A DNA stretch of 64,000 nucleotides from Dendrobates tinctorius (lineage: Eukaryota): positions 36,022,001 to 36,086,000 of the forward strand of contig NW_027361770.1 of assembly GCF_039654945.1 (NCBI RefSeq), in the 5' to 3' direction. Under the pieces are notes generated by a model. It searched no databases. It was given only the letters and a program-made list of their open reading frames with translations, and was not told the origin of the DNA. The translations under genes and the position numbers were made by a program. Positions 34,004 through 45,641 of this stretch are shown here, in pieces; positions within the stretch are counted from its first letter, which is position 1; every line of letters begins with the position of its first letter.

Positions 34004-36508
34004 TTTGTATGTACCATGAAATAAAGCATTGATATTGGAACCTACTCCTAGAATCGACTGAATTTCCTCCATTTGAGGGTTGAAGTATAGCAGCGCGGGA
34101 ACCAGGTGTGTTTTTTTTCCCTTTTGGGATCTCCTCTTTGAGTAATGGAAGCAGACGCTGTCTGTCTACACCCTCCTGCTGCAGCTTCATTATATGGGAT
34201 TGAGCGTATTTAGTAGTTGTGGCGTTACACAACCTCTGAGGGTGAGTACCCTGAACAATTCAATTCAAATTTCACTTATATCTGGTAAAGCCCTATGGGC
34301 ACGCTTTTGTGGTTTCTTTTATCTTCAGGGTTTTGCGTGATTGCAGACAGTATCTTTTCTGTCCTGTCCTATCTAGACAGTTTGGGCCTCATCATTTGCT
34401 CAGTCTATTTTCTGCCTGTGTTTGTGTTTCATCTTGTCTCACCGACGATATATGTTTGGGGGCTGTCTATTACTTTGGGGATCTGCTCCGGGGCAGTTAA
34501 GATTTCACTTTTCTGACTTTAGGCTTAGTTAGTTCTCCGGCTGTGCCGAGGCGTCTAGGGCATCGTAGGAACACTCCACGGCTACTGCTAGTTGTCTTGT
34601 TAGGATCAGGGGTCTGCAATCCGCTAAGTTACCAACAGGTGTCTGTTTTTATACAATTTCCCTATGGGGTTACTAATGGATCCTTGTCTTATAGATGCCC
34701 CTCCTTTACTAACCTGTGGGCTTGATGTCACCCGACATCACAAAGGTGACATCAACCCCACAAATATGAACCCCACTTGCCACCACTACAGGGCAATTGG
34801 GAAGATCAAGGCTAAGTGCCAGAACTGGCGCATCTTAGAGATGCGCCTTTTCTGGGGCAGCTGAGAGCTGATGTTTTTACTTTGGGGGGACCAATATCCA
34901 AGGCCCCTTCCTAGGCTATTAATATCAGCCCACAGCTGTCTGCATAGTCTTTGCTGGTTATTAATTATAGGGGGACCCTAGTTCATTTTAATAGCCAGTA
35001 AAGGCCAAGTATACAACTGTGAGCTGATATTAATAGCCTCTATGGGTATTACCCCCTTCCCAGGCTATAAACATCTGCCCCCAGCTGTCGCCTTTCCCTC
35101 TGCTGGTTATTAAAATTACGCAATAGCTCACACAATTTTTTTTTCACTTTTTTAATTTAAAATTAACAGTTGCTGTTTGGTTTCGTTACTGTTAACGCTC
35201 CTGCATAGGCTGGTGACAATGTGTGAGGTTTGTGTGTTTACTTATCGGCTTAGTAATAAGGGTGTCCAGCTGACAACTTTTTATTACTAAGCCTAGAGTT
35301 GTGTGTCAATTACAGCTGCTGCCCTAATCCCATTACCCTGATGCCACACTGCATCAGCATGAAAAAGGTGGTGTTGAACCAAGAAATTACATCACAAAAC
35401 TTAAAAAAAAAAAAAATCTTTATTTAGCTCAAAAAGCCTTCATTGCTGTTTACAAACGCATGCAAAAACGCATACAAAAACATGGCAAAAAACACACGTT
35501 TTTCCTGCCAAGAGATACAAAAGCCTCTCAGAAATTTCTGCAAGCAAATACTCAACGTGCGCAGATAGCCTAAGGAAGATTAAAGGTCAAGCCAAGCAGG
35601 GGAAATATTACTTTTCAACCAGTTTTGACTTTGATTAGGCTTTGAGGAATTTTAGCCCATTTCTTCCTTGCAAAGAACTTCTCTCTTCAGGTCATTCTAC
35701 ATTATTTCTATAAGAATATAAGGTCATTACTTTGACTTGGCCATTCCAAAACTTTGATACCTCTTTAAAGAGAACCTGTCACATCCTTTTTCAATATTAA
35801 ACTGCCCCCCCCAATGTCTTATTAGTGATGCAATTGTAGAACAAAAAAGCTGACCCGCACAATTGCCAGTTCATGTGAGCCCATCAACCGTGACAAGGTG
35901 ACACTTCTCTGATAGGACCTGTCATCTAATAAATGCCTCTCTTGTGCTATAAAAGTCTACAGTGTGAATGTACAAACATGCCTCTCCTGGGTTACAAACT
36001 TGCACATTAAAGTAAGCTGGTAGGAGCCAGAATTGATTATAAACACTCTTGGGCTGATGGGTGGGGTGCAGAGTCAGAAAGGAGGAGGTAATAACCTCCA
36101 ATGGATAACTGCATAGTACAAAAAATCTGACCAGCACCTCCATATAGTATGAACAAGTGCCTACTGCAATGAATACATAGCTTGCAAAAAGGAGGAATGC
36201 AGCAGCACTCTGTAGAGACCAATATATATATGAACACTAAATCTGAGTAAACTGTAATAAAAAGAATTAAAAAAAAAATACTTACAAAAGTGAAGGTTCG
36301 TAGTACATAAATTGGCCAAACTCATGTGAGCCCATCAAGCGCGACAAGGTGACCTTTCTCTGATGGGTCATATCATCTAATAAATGCCTCTCTTGTGCTA
36401 TGCAATGTGCATCACTTAAATAGTGGCAAAGTTTTTCTTGAGAAGACCATGTATTTAATAAAAAAAAAAATAAAAAAAACACAATCCTTAGGTGATTGCA
36501 TTGCATAC

Positions 36509-36615
36509 CTTCTCCTGCAGTCACAGGGGTTGGGCTTTCTAGCCTTCCGGTCACGGTCCTCTTCAAATTATTCAGCGCAGCATGATTCTTTGTTTGACAG
36601 TGCTGACTTTATAGA
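36509..36615 (-). other. Candidate non-coding exon of a minus-strand transcript
   Basis: Acceptor TTGATCTCCATCCTTCACTGGCTCTAG| and donor AAG|GTATGC; all three frames are closed. Confidence 0.4.
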
Positions 36616-37298
36616 CTAGAGCCAGTGAAGGATGGAGATCAATTTAAAACAAGTAGGTTGGAAGGAGTATTTAAATGTTTAACCACGCCAAGGGTGCATG
36701 GTGCATCTGTACTTGGCTTGAAGAGTCATTCTGGACAGACTTAAAAAAAAAAAAAAATATTTAAATATATAAAAGTTTAAATCACCACCTCCCCTCCTCC
36801 CTTTACCCATTCAAAAGTAAACGAAACAAATTTTGTTTTCAACCTCTAAAATATGAAAAAAACCTAATCAATTTGCTATGATTGTAATTGTACTGAACTG
36901 CAGACTCATACTGCCATGTTATTTTTATCATGCACTGAGTGTCGTAGAAACAAAAGAAATGAGGTAAAATTGAGCTTTTTATTTTTCACCCCACTTGCAT
37001 TCTTTTTTACCATTTTTCGGTACATATGTGGTAAAATGAATGATGTAATTCAAAAGAACTTGTCCCTCAAAAAGAAAGCTCTCATACTGCTCTATCAATG
37101 GAAAAAAAAAGTTATGGCTCTTGAAAGAATGGTGGGAAAAAAATGAAAGTGTAAACATGTTAAATGCCGCAGTCAACTCTGAGGAAGCGCGTCACAAGAC
37201 CGGCCTATTGTCGCCACTCTCACGTGGTCACGGGGTGCCTATAGGTTATGACAGCTGGGGGTCTGCAGGAGATCCCCATGCCTGTCATCGTGAGCTTA

Positions 37299-37554
37299 GG
37301 CTAGTTTCACATTAGCATTTATTCGACGCCGCTAAGCCCCACCCCCTGTCGGCTCCCTGCCCGCCCCATCCGGTCATCGTTGCCTACAATCGCACATGGA
37401 CGCTTGCGATCTGCGCACCCTATCTTTAGCATAGGGTGCGCAGATCGTGCGCTGGCTGTGCGCTAGTAGGATTTTGGCGAGCAACATGCTGCGTTTGGCG
37501 CGCACGGGCGCACCTTCAAAAGTGCGTCGAATAAACGCTAGTGTGAAACTAGCC
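37299..37554. mobile_element. Harbinger-type MITE (same TIR family as 2458-2867)
   Basis: GGCTAGTTTCACA...TGTGAAACTAGCC; TSD not preserved. Confidence 0.75.
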
Positions 37555-38399
37555 TGTTTTTCCACTCCTACTTCCCAGAGCCATAACTTTTTTTTCCCCA
37601 TCAATATAACCATATGAGACTCTTGTTTTTGCGGGACAAATTGTACTTTTGAATAATGCCATTGATTTAGCCGTAAAGTGTACTGGAAAACTGAAAAAAA
37701 AAAATCCAAATGCTGTGAAATTGCAAAAAGAAAGTGCATATCCACAATTGGTGTTTTTATTATGTTCACTGAATGTTAAAAGTGACCTGCCGGTATGGGC
37801 CACGAGGTCATTATGAGGACGCAGATACCCAACATGGATAGGTTCGTTTTTATTTAAGTGCTGAAAAAAAATCCAAAATTTGTAAGAAAAAAAAAAGATG
37901 GCATCATTTTCTGAGTCCCGTAGCGTCTCCTTTTGTCGGGATCTGGGGCTAGGTGAGAGCTTTTATTTTGCGCCCTGAGCTCGCGTTTTTATTGATACCG
38001 ATATTGCATTTTATTACTGTGTTGCAATGGCCAAAAAAACATAATCCTGGCGGTTTGATTTTTTTTTTTCTCTCGGTAATTGTTCTATTTTGATCGGACA
38101 TTTCTGAATGCGGCGATCAGATCAGCTGTCATGTGCCAGGAATGCAGGGAGATGATTTCAGCAGTACCGCTATGTCTAAGGTCGCTAAGGGTTTAAAGAG
38201 CTTAATTGACCCCGAAATACAATATTTATTATTTGTAATAAATTTCACACCTATACATCTTGCTTCTTGTTTCTACCTTTCCTTCCTCCTAACTTTCACT
38301 TAGTTTCCTCCACTCATATTTTTTTTTTTTTTTTACATACTGGTCTCATAGACCAGGTTTGGTTTCTTCTAATCACAGTCTTATAAGAAACCAACTTCA

Positions 38400-38850
38400 G
38401 CCTCGCCCAATGACACACCCCGGAAATGACGTCATACCTGCAAGGCGCCCATACAGTAGCATTTACCAACAGCACACGGAAGCGGTGCTCCGCCCCTCAG
38501 CTCTTGGCCGTACAGCAACTCCTAGTGTTGGAAACCTGCGCATGCGTATGTTCTGTGGTCGCGCACTTTATGGCATTACAGTCCGGAGGTATTGGTAGCC
38601 TTGTTCTAAGAGCGGAGGCCCGTGCACTGAGCTGGGCTCGTATCCCGGAAACCAGGAGGCGGCGGTGAGCGCTGCCGCCGTTATAAAGAAGAACCAGAGC
38701 AGTTGCCGGTCTGGTGAGTGTGAGAGCAGACATTGGGTATGTGGCCATTATAACGTGCAGGTGGAGCGTCCTCAGGCCCTGGGGAAACGCGCAGTTTTTC
38801 TTTCCGTGACGGTGCGGTAGTGGCGCTCTGCTCCTGGCCGTCACTCGTGT
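38400..38850. promoter_or_regulatory. CpG-rich housekeeping-type promoter, probably bidirectional
   Basis: CCAAT (38407), overlapping ETS/CRE CCGGAAATGACGTCA (38420-38434), ETS (38477, 38645), GC box (38490) and NRF1-like TGCGCATGCG (38537). Plus-strand donors GCG|GTGAGC (38665) and CTG|GTGAGT (38714); minus-strand donor CAG|GTATGA (~38437). Confidence 0.7.
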
Positions 38851-39509
38851 GCCCCCTTACGGCAGAGTGTATAGAGAGGCCTAGGAATCACTGTGTTAGT
38901 GGGGTTCTCCGATCACAAGATACTGATGACCATTTGCCAGATTCCCACGGATCTTGCATTGACCTATCCTGGCCTTAGGTTATCAGTATCCTATGACAGA
39001 ACAACTCCTGTAAGGGTGAAATCAGATTAACCCCTTAACGACCAGGGGTATTTTTGCGTTTTCATTTTTCCCTCACCTTCTTCCCAGAGCTTTAACTTTT
39101 TTTTTTTTTTCCGTCAATATGGCCATGTGAAGGCTTATTTTTTGCGGAAGAGTTGTACTTTTGAACGACACCATTGGTTTTACCATGTCCTGTACTACAA
39201 TACGGGAAAAGAATGTCAAGTGCGATGAAATTGCAAAATAAGTGCAATCCCACCCTTGTTTTCTGCTAGGTTCACTAAAGGCTAAAACTGACCTACCATT
39301 ATGATTCTCCAGGTCATTACGAGTTCATGACACCAAACATGTTTAGGTTCCCTCTTTTTTTTTTTTTTTTTTTTTTTTTGTGGTGGAAAAAAAAAAAATA
39401 AAGCACCATTTTCCGATACCTGTAGCGTCTCCATTTTTAATGATCTGGGGTCGGGTGAGGGCTTATTTTTTGCGTGCCGGGCTGATGTTTATAACGATAC
39501 CTCTTTATA

Positions 39510-39882
39510 CGGCTTGTGTTTTGCATGTTTTACATATTTCCCATAAAGGATGGGGGCATTGCTCTAGAATCACTGCGTTGAGAAACATGTGATGGTGTCT
39601 CCGCAGTGTTGGATGTTGATCTCCATGAGTTCATTCATCCTCATTTTTCACAGTCTTCTACTAGGCATTGCTCCTACTAGCCAGTTTCCTACTCCACACT
39701 GATGAGGGGCAATACCCCGAAACAGCTGTCTGTGGATGAATACCATGTTTTGGCATAGGTGGTTTGCTTCATTGGAGACTGCCCTTCCCGTGGTTGTTCC
39801 TTCCCGGGGAAAGACCAGGCTAGTCATTGCTTGCGTTGAGAAACATGTGATGGTGTCTCCGCGGCTTGTGTTTTGCACGTTT
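39510..39882 (+). mobile_element. Retrozyme-like element: 352-nt monomer with one hammerhead
   Basis: Terminal direct repeat CGGCTTGTGTTTTGCA at 39510 and 39862, an internal 31-nt repeat at 39574 and 39832, and a canonical hammerhead inside. Confidence 0.7.
39694..39735 (+). ncRNA. Canonical type I hammerhead ribozyme
   Basis: CCACA-CTGATGA-GGGG CAATA CCCC-GAAAC-AGCT-GTC^-TGTGG: complete core, three helices and a GUC cleavage triplet (cut after 39730). Confidence 0.9.
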
Positions 39883-40021
39883 CAAGAAAATGGCGGCGGT
39901 GAGCGCAGGCGCCAATTCCGGTGCTACAACACGCCCAGAACAGGACAGCGCTGGACACAGGGAAGAAAGGTGAGTATAAATGTTTTTTTTTTTTTGTGTG
40001 TTTGCAGTTTAATAGGGGTGA

Positions 40022-40395
40022 GGGGACCATGCATACCAGGATAGGGGGGTGAGGGGACCATGCATACCAGGATAAGGGGGTTGAGGGGACCATGCATACC
40101 AGGATAAGGGGGTTGAGGGGACCATGCATACCAGGATAAGGGGGTTGAGGGGACCATGCATACCAGGATAAGGGGGTTGAGGGGACCATGCATACCAGGA
40201 TAAGGGGGTTGAGGGGACCATGCATACCAGGATAAGGGGGTTGAGGGGACCATGCATACCAGGATAAGGGGGTTGAGGGGACCATGCATACCAGGATAAG
40301 GGGGTTGAGGAGACCTTGCATACCAGGATAAGGGGGTTGAGGAGACCATGCATACCAGGATAGGGATGAGGGGTGCAGCACATAACCAGGATGGG
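40022..40395 (+). repeat. 32-bp minisatellite (about 11 units) in a Helitron-like element ending at 40452
   Basis: Unit GGGGACCATGCATACCAGGATAAGGGGGTTGA; downstream imperfect hairpin (40425-40441) and CTAG|T terminus. Confidence 0.85.
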
Positions 40396-40967
40396 AGACT
40401 ATATACCAATAAAAATGCCTGCCACCCAGGCGTAGAACGGGTTCATAGCTAGTGTGTGTATGTATGTGTATATATATTATATATTTTAGCTGAAGAGCCC
40501 GGCGTTTCCTGGGCATAGTAACCAACTGTGGTTAGTTATAACAAATTCTAATGATTATATTGCACATAAAAAACGTGCATCTAATCCTATTCTGTGTGAT
40601 ACTGTCTGCTGAGCCGTGTATCTATTCCTATCCTGTGTGATACTGTCTGCTGAGCCGTGTATCTATTCCTATCCTGTGTGATACTGACTGCTGAACTGTG
40701 TATCTAATCCTATCCTGCAGGGCTGTGGAGTCGGTAAGCCAAACCTGCGAATCCAACTCCTCAATTTCCCTTACACCAACTCCGACATATATTGGTTATA
40801 TTTAAGTGAAAAAATTATTGTAGTACAATGTGAACAACAGACATTTAATACTTTCTATGATCCAATAATCAAGATATTTATAACATAATATCTATTTATT
40901 GGAACACAACTTTAGAACACAAAAAACTGTAATAAATTGTAAATATGTAATACACTGTATACATGTA

Positions 40968-42496
40968 TACGGGACAGACCAAAGTTTGGACACACCTTCT
41001 CATTCAAAGAGTTTTCTTTATTTTCATGACTATGAAAATTGTAGATTCATTCTGAAGGCATCAAAACAATGAATTAACACATGTGGAATTATATAATTAA
41101 AGTGTGAAACAACTGAAAATATGTCTTATATTCTAGATTCTTCAAAGTAGCCACCTTTTGCTTTGATTACTGCTTTGCACACTCTTGGCATTCTCTTGAT
41201 GAGCTTCAAGTGGTAGTCACCAGAAATGGTCTTCCAACAGTCTTGAAGGAGTTCCCAGAGATGCTTAGCACTTGCTGGCCCTTTTGTCTTCACTCTGCGG
41301 TCCAGCTCACCCCAAACCATCTTGATTGGGTTCAGGTCTGGTGACTGTGGAGGCCAGGTCATCTGGCGTAGCACCCCATCACTCTCCATCATGGTCAAAT
41401 AGCCCTTACACAGCCTGGAGGTGTGTTTGAGGCCATTGTCCTGTTGAAAAATAAATGATGGCCCAACTAAACACAAACCGGATGGAATAGCATGCCGCTG
41501 CAAGATGCTGTGGTAGCCATGCTGGTTCAGTATGCCTTCAATTTTGAATAAATCCCCAACAGTGTCACAAGCAAAGCACCCCCACACCATCACACCTCCT
41601 CCTCCATGCTTCACGGTGGGAACCAGGCATGTAGAGTCCATCCGTTCACCTTTTCTGCGTCGCACAAAGACATGGTGGTTGGAACCAAAGATCTCAAATT
41701 TGGACTCATCAGACCAAAGCACAGATTTCCACTGGTCTAATGTCCATTCCTTGTGTTCTCTAGCCCAAACAAGTCTCTTCTGCTTGTTGCCTGTCCTTAG
41801 CAGTGGTTTCCTAGCAGCTATTTTACCATGAAGGCCTGCTGCACAAAGTCTCCTCTTAACAGTTGTTGTAGAGATGTGTCTGCTGCTAGAACTTTATGTG
41901 GCATTGACCTGGTCTCTAATCTGAGCTGCTGTTAACCTGCGATTTCTGAGGCTGGTGACTCGGATGAACTTATCCTCCACAGCAGAGGTGACTCTTGGTC
42001 TTCCTTTCCTGGGGCGGTCCTCATGTGAGCCAGTTTCTTTGTAGCGCTTGATGGTTTTTGCCAATGCACTTGGGGACACTTTCAAAGTTTTCCCAATTTT
42101 TCGGACTGACTAACCTTCATTTCTTAAAGTAATGATGGCCACTCGTTTTTCTTCACTCAGCTGCTTTTTTTCTTGCCATAATACAAATTCTAACAGTCTA
42201 TTCAGTAGGACTATCACCTTTGTATCCACCAGACTTCTGCACAACACAACTGATGGTCCCAACCTCATTTATAAGGCAATAAATCCCACTTATTAAACCT
42301 GACAGGGCACACCTGTGAAGTGAAAATCATTTCCGGTGACTACCTCTTGAAGCTCACCAAGAGAATGCCAAGAGTGTGCAAAGCAGAAATCAAAGCAAAA
42401 GGTGGCTACTTTGAAGAACCTAGAATATAAGATATACAGTATTTTCAGTTGTTTCACACTTTTTTGTTAATTATATAATTCCACATGTGTTAATAA
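40968..42496 (-). mobile_element. Tc1 transposon with inactivated DD34E transposase and long inverted repeats
   Basis: ORFs 41894..42085 (GRPR) and 41126..41722 (WSDESK, FQQDN, SPDLNPIK with catalytic E replaced by K). 42330-42495 is the inverse of 41073-41225. The right end is lost in a (TA)n(CA)n tract. Confidence 0.9.

Positions 42497-42554
<58 letters not shown>
42497..42554. repeat. (TA)n(CA)n microsatellite
   Basis: Directly visible in the sequence. Confidence 0.95.
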
Positions 42555-42558
<4 letters not shown>

Positions 42559-42592
42559 ACTTATCTCGGCTAAGATAAAGCCTAGATCCTCA

Positions 42593-42862
42593 GGCTACAT
42601 TCACACTATGGGCGTAGCCAGGATCAAACCTGGGGGGGGGGGGGAAATCTCATACTGTTCCGCAGAATTTCATACTGCACACCTCAGCTGCTGCAGAACC
42701 TCATACTTCACACCCCTACACTTGAAAATAAAGCCTGCACCTTAAGAAGATGTGGTGATGAATGCAATCTATTTATTCCAACCAGAGGTCGTGCTACATA
42801 TTTTTCAGAGGAGTAAAAATACTCCTCCCAATATTTTTGAGGAGTATTTTTCACCATGGAGG

Positions 42863-42893
<31 letters not shown>

Positions 42894-44031
42894 CATTGCA
42901 CAGACCACCCCACACACACACACCATTGCACAGACCAACCCCCACGCACACCATTGCACAGCCCCCTCAGTGACATAATCCATTTGTTACACATATGATT
43001 GCTAACGCTCAGGAGCCAATTGTACACAACGTCCATGATAACAATGGAAACAAATCAGTGCCCCCAGACACCGGTGGTCGGCTCTGCCTATAGTAGTCCG
43101 GCAGATGACAGCAGGCACATACAGGTCACAGGCCTCAGCACAGCGGCAATAACAGCCCCCCTCCCCCTGCGAGTCCCCGGGGATTAGTACCGTACAGGCG
43201 ACCTTGTTATGGATGGAGGGCGCCCTGCGCGACCACTTTCCCAATTTTCCCATGCAGTACACTTACCACGCACCGTGCACGCAGCTGCGGTCCCCGGCCG
43301 CGCTCTCCCGCCTCACAGAAGGATGATAACGGTGCAGCCGGTCAGCGTCCTCGACCCCCCCCCCCCCCCCGGTAATCTCCATCACTGTCCGCCGGTCTGG
43401 CCGCACACACAACGCTGTGTGGGAGGGGCTAACAGCACCCGTGACGTAATCTGCAAGACTCCACCAATCCGAAAACGAGGCGGGGAATCACTATACAAGC
43501 CCAGCCTACTGACATGAGTCGCTCCGCAACATCTGATACTGCCCTTTCCCCAGCTCCGTCCAACTCGCTGCCACTGTAGGTTAGAACGATGCGTCCCGTG
43601 GACGTATCGTACTAATCTGAAGGCGTTTTTTCGCCTGCCTGTGCGTCATAGACGCCCAGACAGGCGTTAATGCGACCTCTGATTCCAACTATCAGTTTGA
43701 TGTTGATGTTACTGAAGACGAGCAATGCCTGTCCTGGACGTCCTTTTGGGCAGCTATGAGGTGTACCTGACTGGTGCTAAAAAAAGGAGTGTTAGTCTGT
43801 GTGCTATCCGGCTTTCATTCTTTTTGGTACAGATATGATATGGATAGACAGATATGGATAAATGGGTATATAGATAGAGCAGATTTCTAATCTGCTTTTG
43901 CTATTGAAAACATTATCTATGAGCTCAAAAACCTTTCAGGTGATGCGGTTTTTTTAAAAGCTGATCTGCTTTTGCAACTGAAAAACGTATCCTCAAAAAA
44001 CGCAGGAAAAACACTGTGTGTGAATGTAGCC
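42593..44031. mobile_element. Harbinger-type MITE expanded by a ~1.3-kb insertion
   Basis: TIRs GGCTACATTCACAC/GTGTGAATGTAGCC; flanks TCA and TTA. Confidence 0.7.
43180..43520 (-). promoter_or_regulatory. Promoter plus first-exon-like CpG-rich fragment inside nested transposons
   Basis: GGGAGGGG, TGACGTAA (CRE-like), CCAAT and GGCGGG clustered at 43420-43490; minus-strand donor GTG|GTAAGT at 43266. Confidence 0.5.
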
Positions 44032-45641
44032 TTAGATCAGGAATAGAACAGTCATTTATAGGACATTTCATAACTTTCCCAAATTCCTATGAAAAAATAT
44101 TCAGCATATTCTGCATTGAACTACTGTACCCAAATTATATATTTTAGGAGTCTGAGTCGGTCCATTTTATACTGACTCCGACTCCACCAAAATGAGCACC
44201 GACTCCACAGCCCTGCTATCCTGTGTGATACTGACTGCTGAGCTGTGTATCTAATACTCTCCTGTGTGATACTGCCTGCTGAGCTGTGTATCTAATCCTA
44301 TCCTGTATGATACTGCTTGCTGAGCCATGTGTCTAATCCTAACCTGTATGATACTGCCTGCTGAGACATGTGTCTAATCCTCTCCTGTGTGATACTGCCT
44401 GCTGAGCTGTGTATCTAATCCTATCCTGTGTGATACTGGGCTCCCCCTACAGCCTGTGTCAGAGGGTGGTCTGTGTTGGCACGGTAATAAATTGTGTTAT
44501 TTCCAGCTTTACAGAAGGACGATAACACCATAGAAATGATAAGAATAATAGGCCTCAGTTACCACAACTGTCTACAAAGAAAACTGTTTCTGATAGCAAC
44601 CAATCACAGCTCATTTTTCATCTTTTAAACAGCTCTGGGACAGCGTGGCGAGTTTTGAGTGGCGACTTTTGTGTTTCGACTTTTATGTGGCGAGGTTGGT
44701 GTATGTGGTGAAATGTGTGCTGAGGATGGTATATGTGTTGAAGCACGTGGTAGTGTGTGGCACATTTTGTGTGTGTGTTCATATCCCCGTGTGTGGTGAG
44801 TATCTCATGTCAGGGCCCCACCTTAGCAACTGTACGGTATATACTCTTTGGCGCCATCGCTCTCATTCTTTAAAAAGTCCCCCTTGTTCACATCTGGCAG
44901 CTGTCAATTTGCCTCCAACATTTTTCCTTTCACTTTTTCCCCATTATGTAGATAGGGGCAAAATTGTTTGGTGAATTGGAACGCGTGGGGTTAAAATTTT
45001 GCCTCACAACATAGCCTATGACGCTCTCGGGGTCCAGACGTGTGACTGTGCCAAATTTTGTGGCTGTAGCTGCGACGGTGCGGATGCCAATCCCGGACAT
45101 ACATACACACCCACATTGAGCTTTATATATTAGATGTAAAAAGACATATTGTAATCTGTGCTGTCCAGCAAGCTGGGGTCAAATCTATCAGTGCAGTGCC
45201 TGATACTGACTACTCAAGTCAGTCTCGCTATCTGAGGCACAATAAGATTTATGCATTTACCGATAAAGTCCAAAACATAAAGTAGTGAGTGCTAGACACT
45301 CCAAATTATCAATACACATATATCCTAATTGGCGATCAAGAAATGCCGCCAAAGGATGAAGAGAGATTCCAGCAATAAGGTTGAATTAAAAATCGATTTA
45401 TTAACACATATTGAAAACAGAATAAAAAACAGGGTGGGAATAAACCTCCACTAAAGAGGATGTGTAATAATTACAGACTGAGCTCCATTCACATAGAAAA
45501 TTCAAGTATCTATGAAAATATTCAAAAGTTAGAAACATCAAAGATATATACTGTTTGCGAATGACAATCATCAGAAATAAGAGAGGTCAAGTTAGTCCAT
45601 ACAGAGGAATTAAGTCTTCATTAAGTGCATAGTACAATTAA

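Larger units (their letters stand above)
33370..34142. mobile_element. Penelope-type inverted pseudo-LTR pair
   Basis: 33370-33652 is the reverse complement of 33761-34142 (the right arm has ~90 extra bp); each arm carries a hammerhead motif. Confidence 0.8.
32864..34637. mobile_element. Solo LTR with 6-bp TSD, interrupted by a Penelope-type palindrome
   Basis: TGTGGGG...ACCAACA termini, GGTGTC on both sides. Its 3' part is homologous to the solo LTRs at 45920 and 53107. Confidence 0.7.
40718..44215. mobile_element. hAT-type non-autonomous element
   Basis: TIRs CAGGGCTGTGGAGTCGG/CCGACTCCACAGCCCTG with an exact 8-bp TSD CTATCCTG. Confidence 0.9.
40486..45134 (-). mobile_element. Non-autonomous Helitron-like element with 42-bp tandem repeats and nested insertions
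   Basis: 5' A|TC end at 45134, 3' hairpin GCCCAGG..CCGGGC plus CTAA at ~40486-40515, and repeats ATCCTGTGTGATACTG.CTGCTGAGC.GTGTATCTA at 40578-40717 and 44216-44437. Confidence 0.65.

Noticed and set aside
39824-40525. Long repetitive ORFs (233, 161 and 124 aa)
   Set aside because: They are translations of a stop-free 32-bp minisatellite, with no sign of a real protein.
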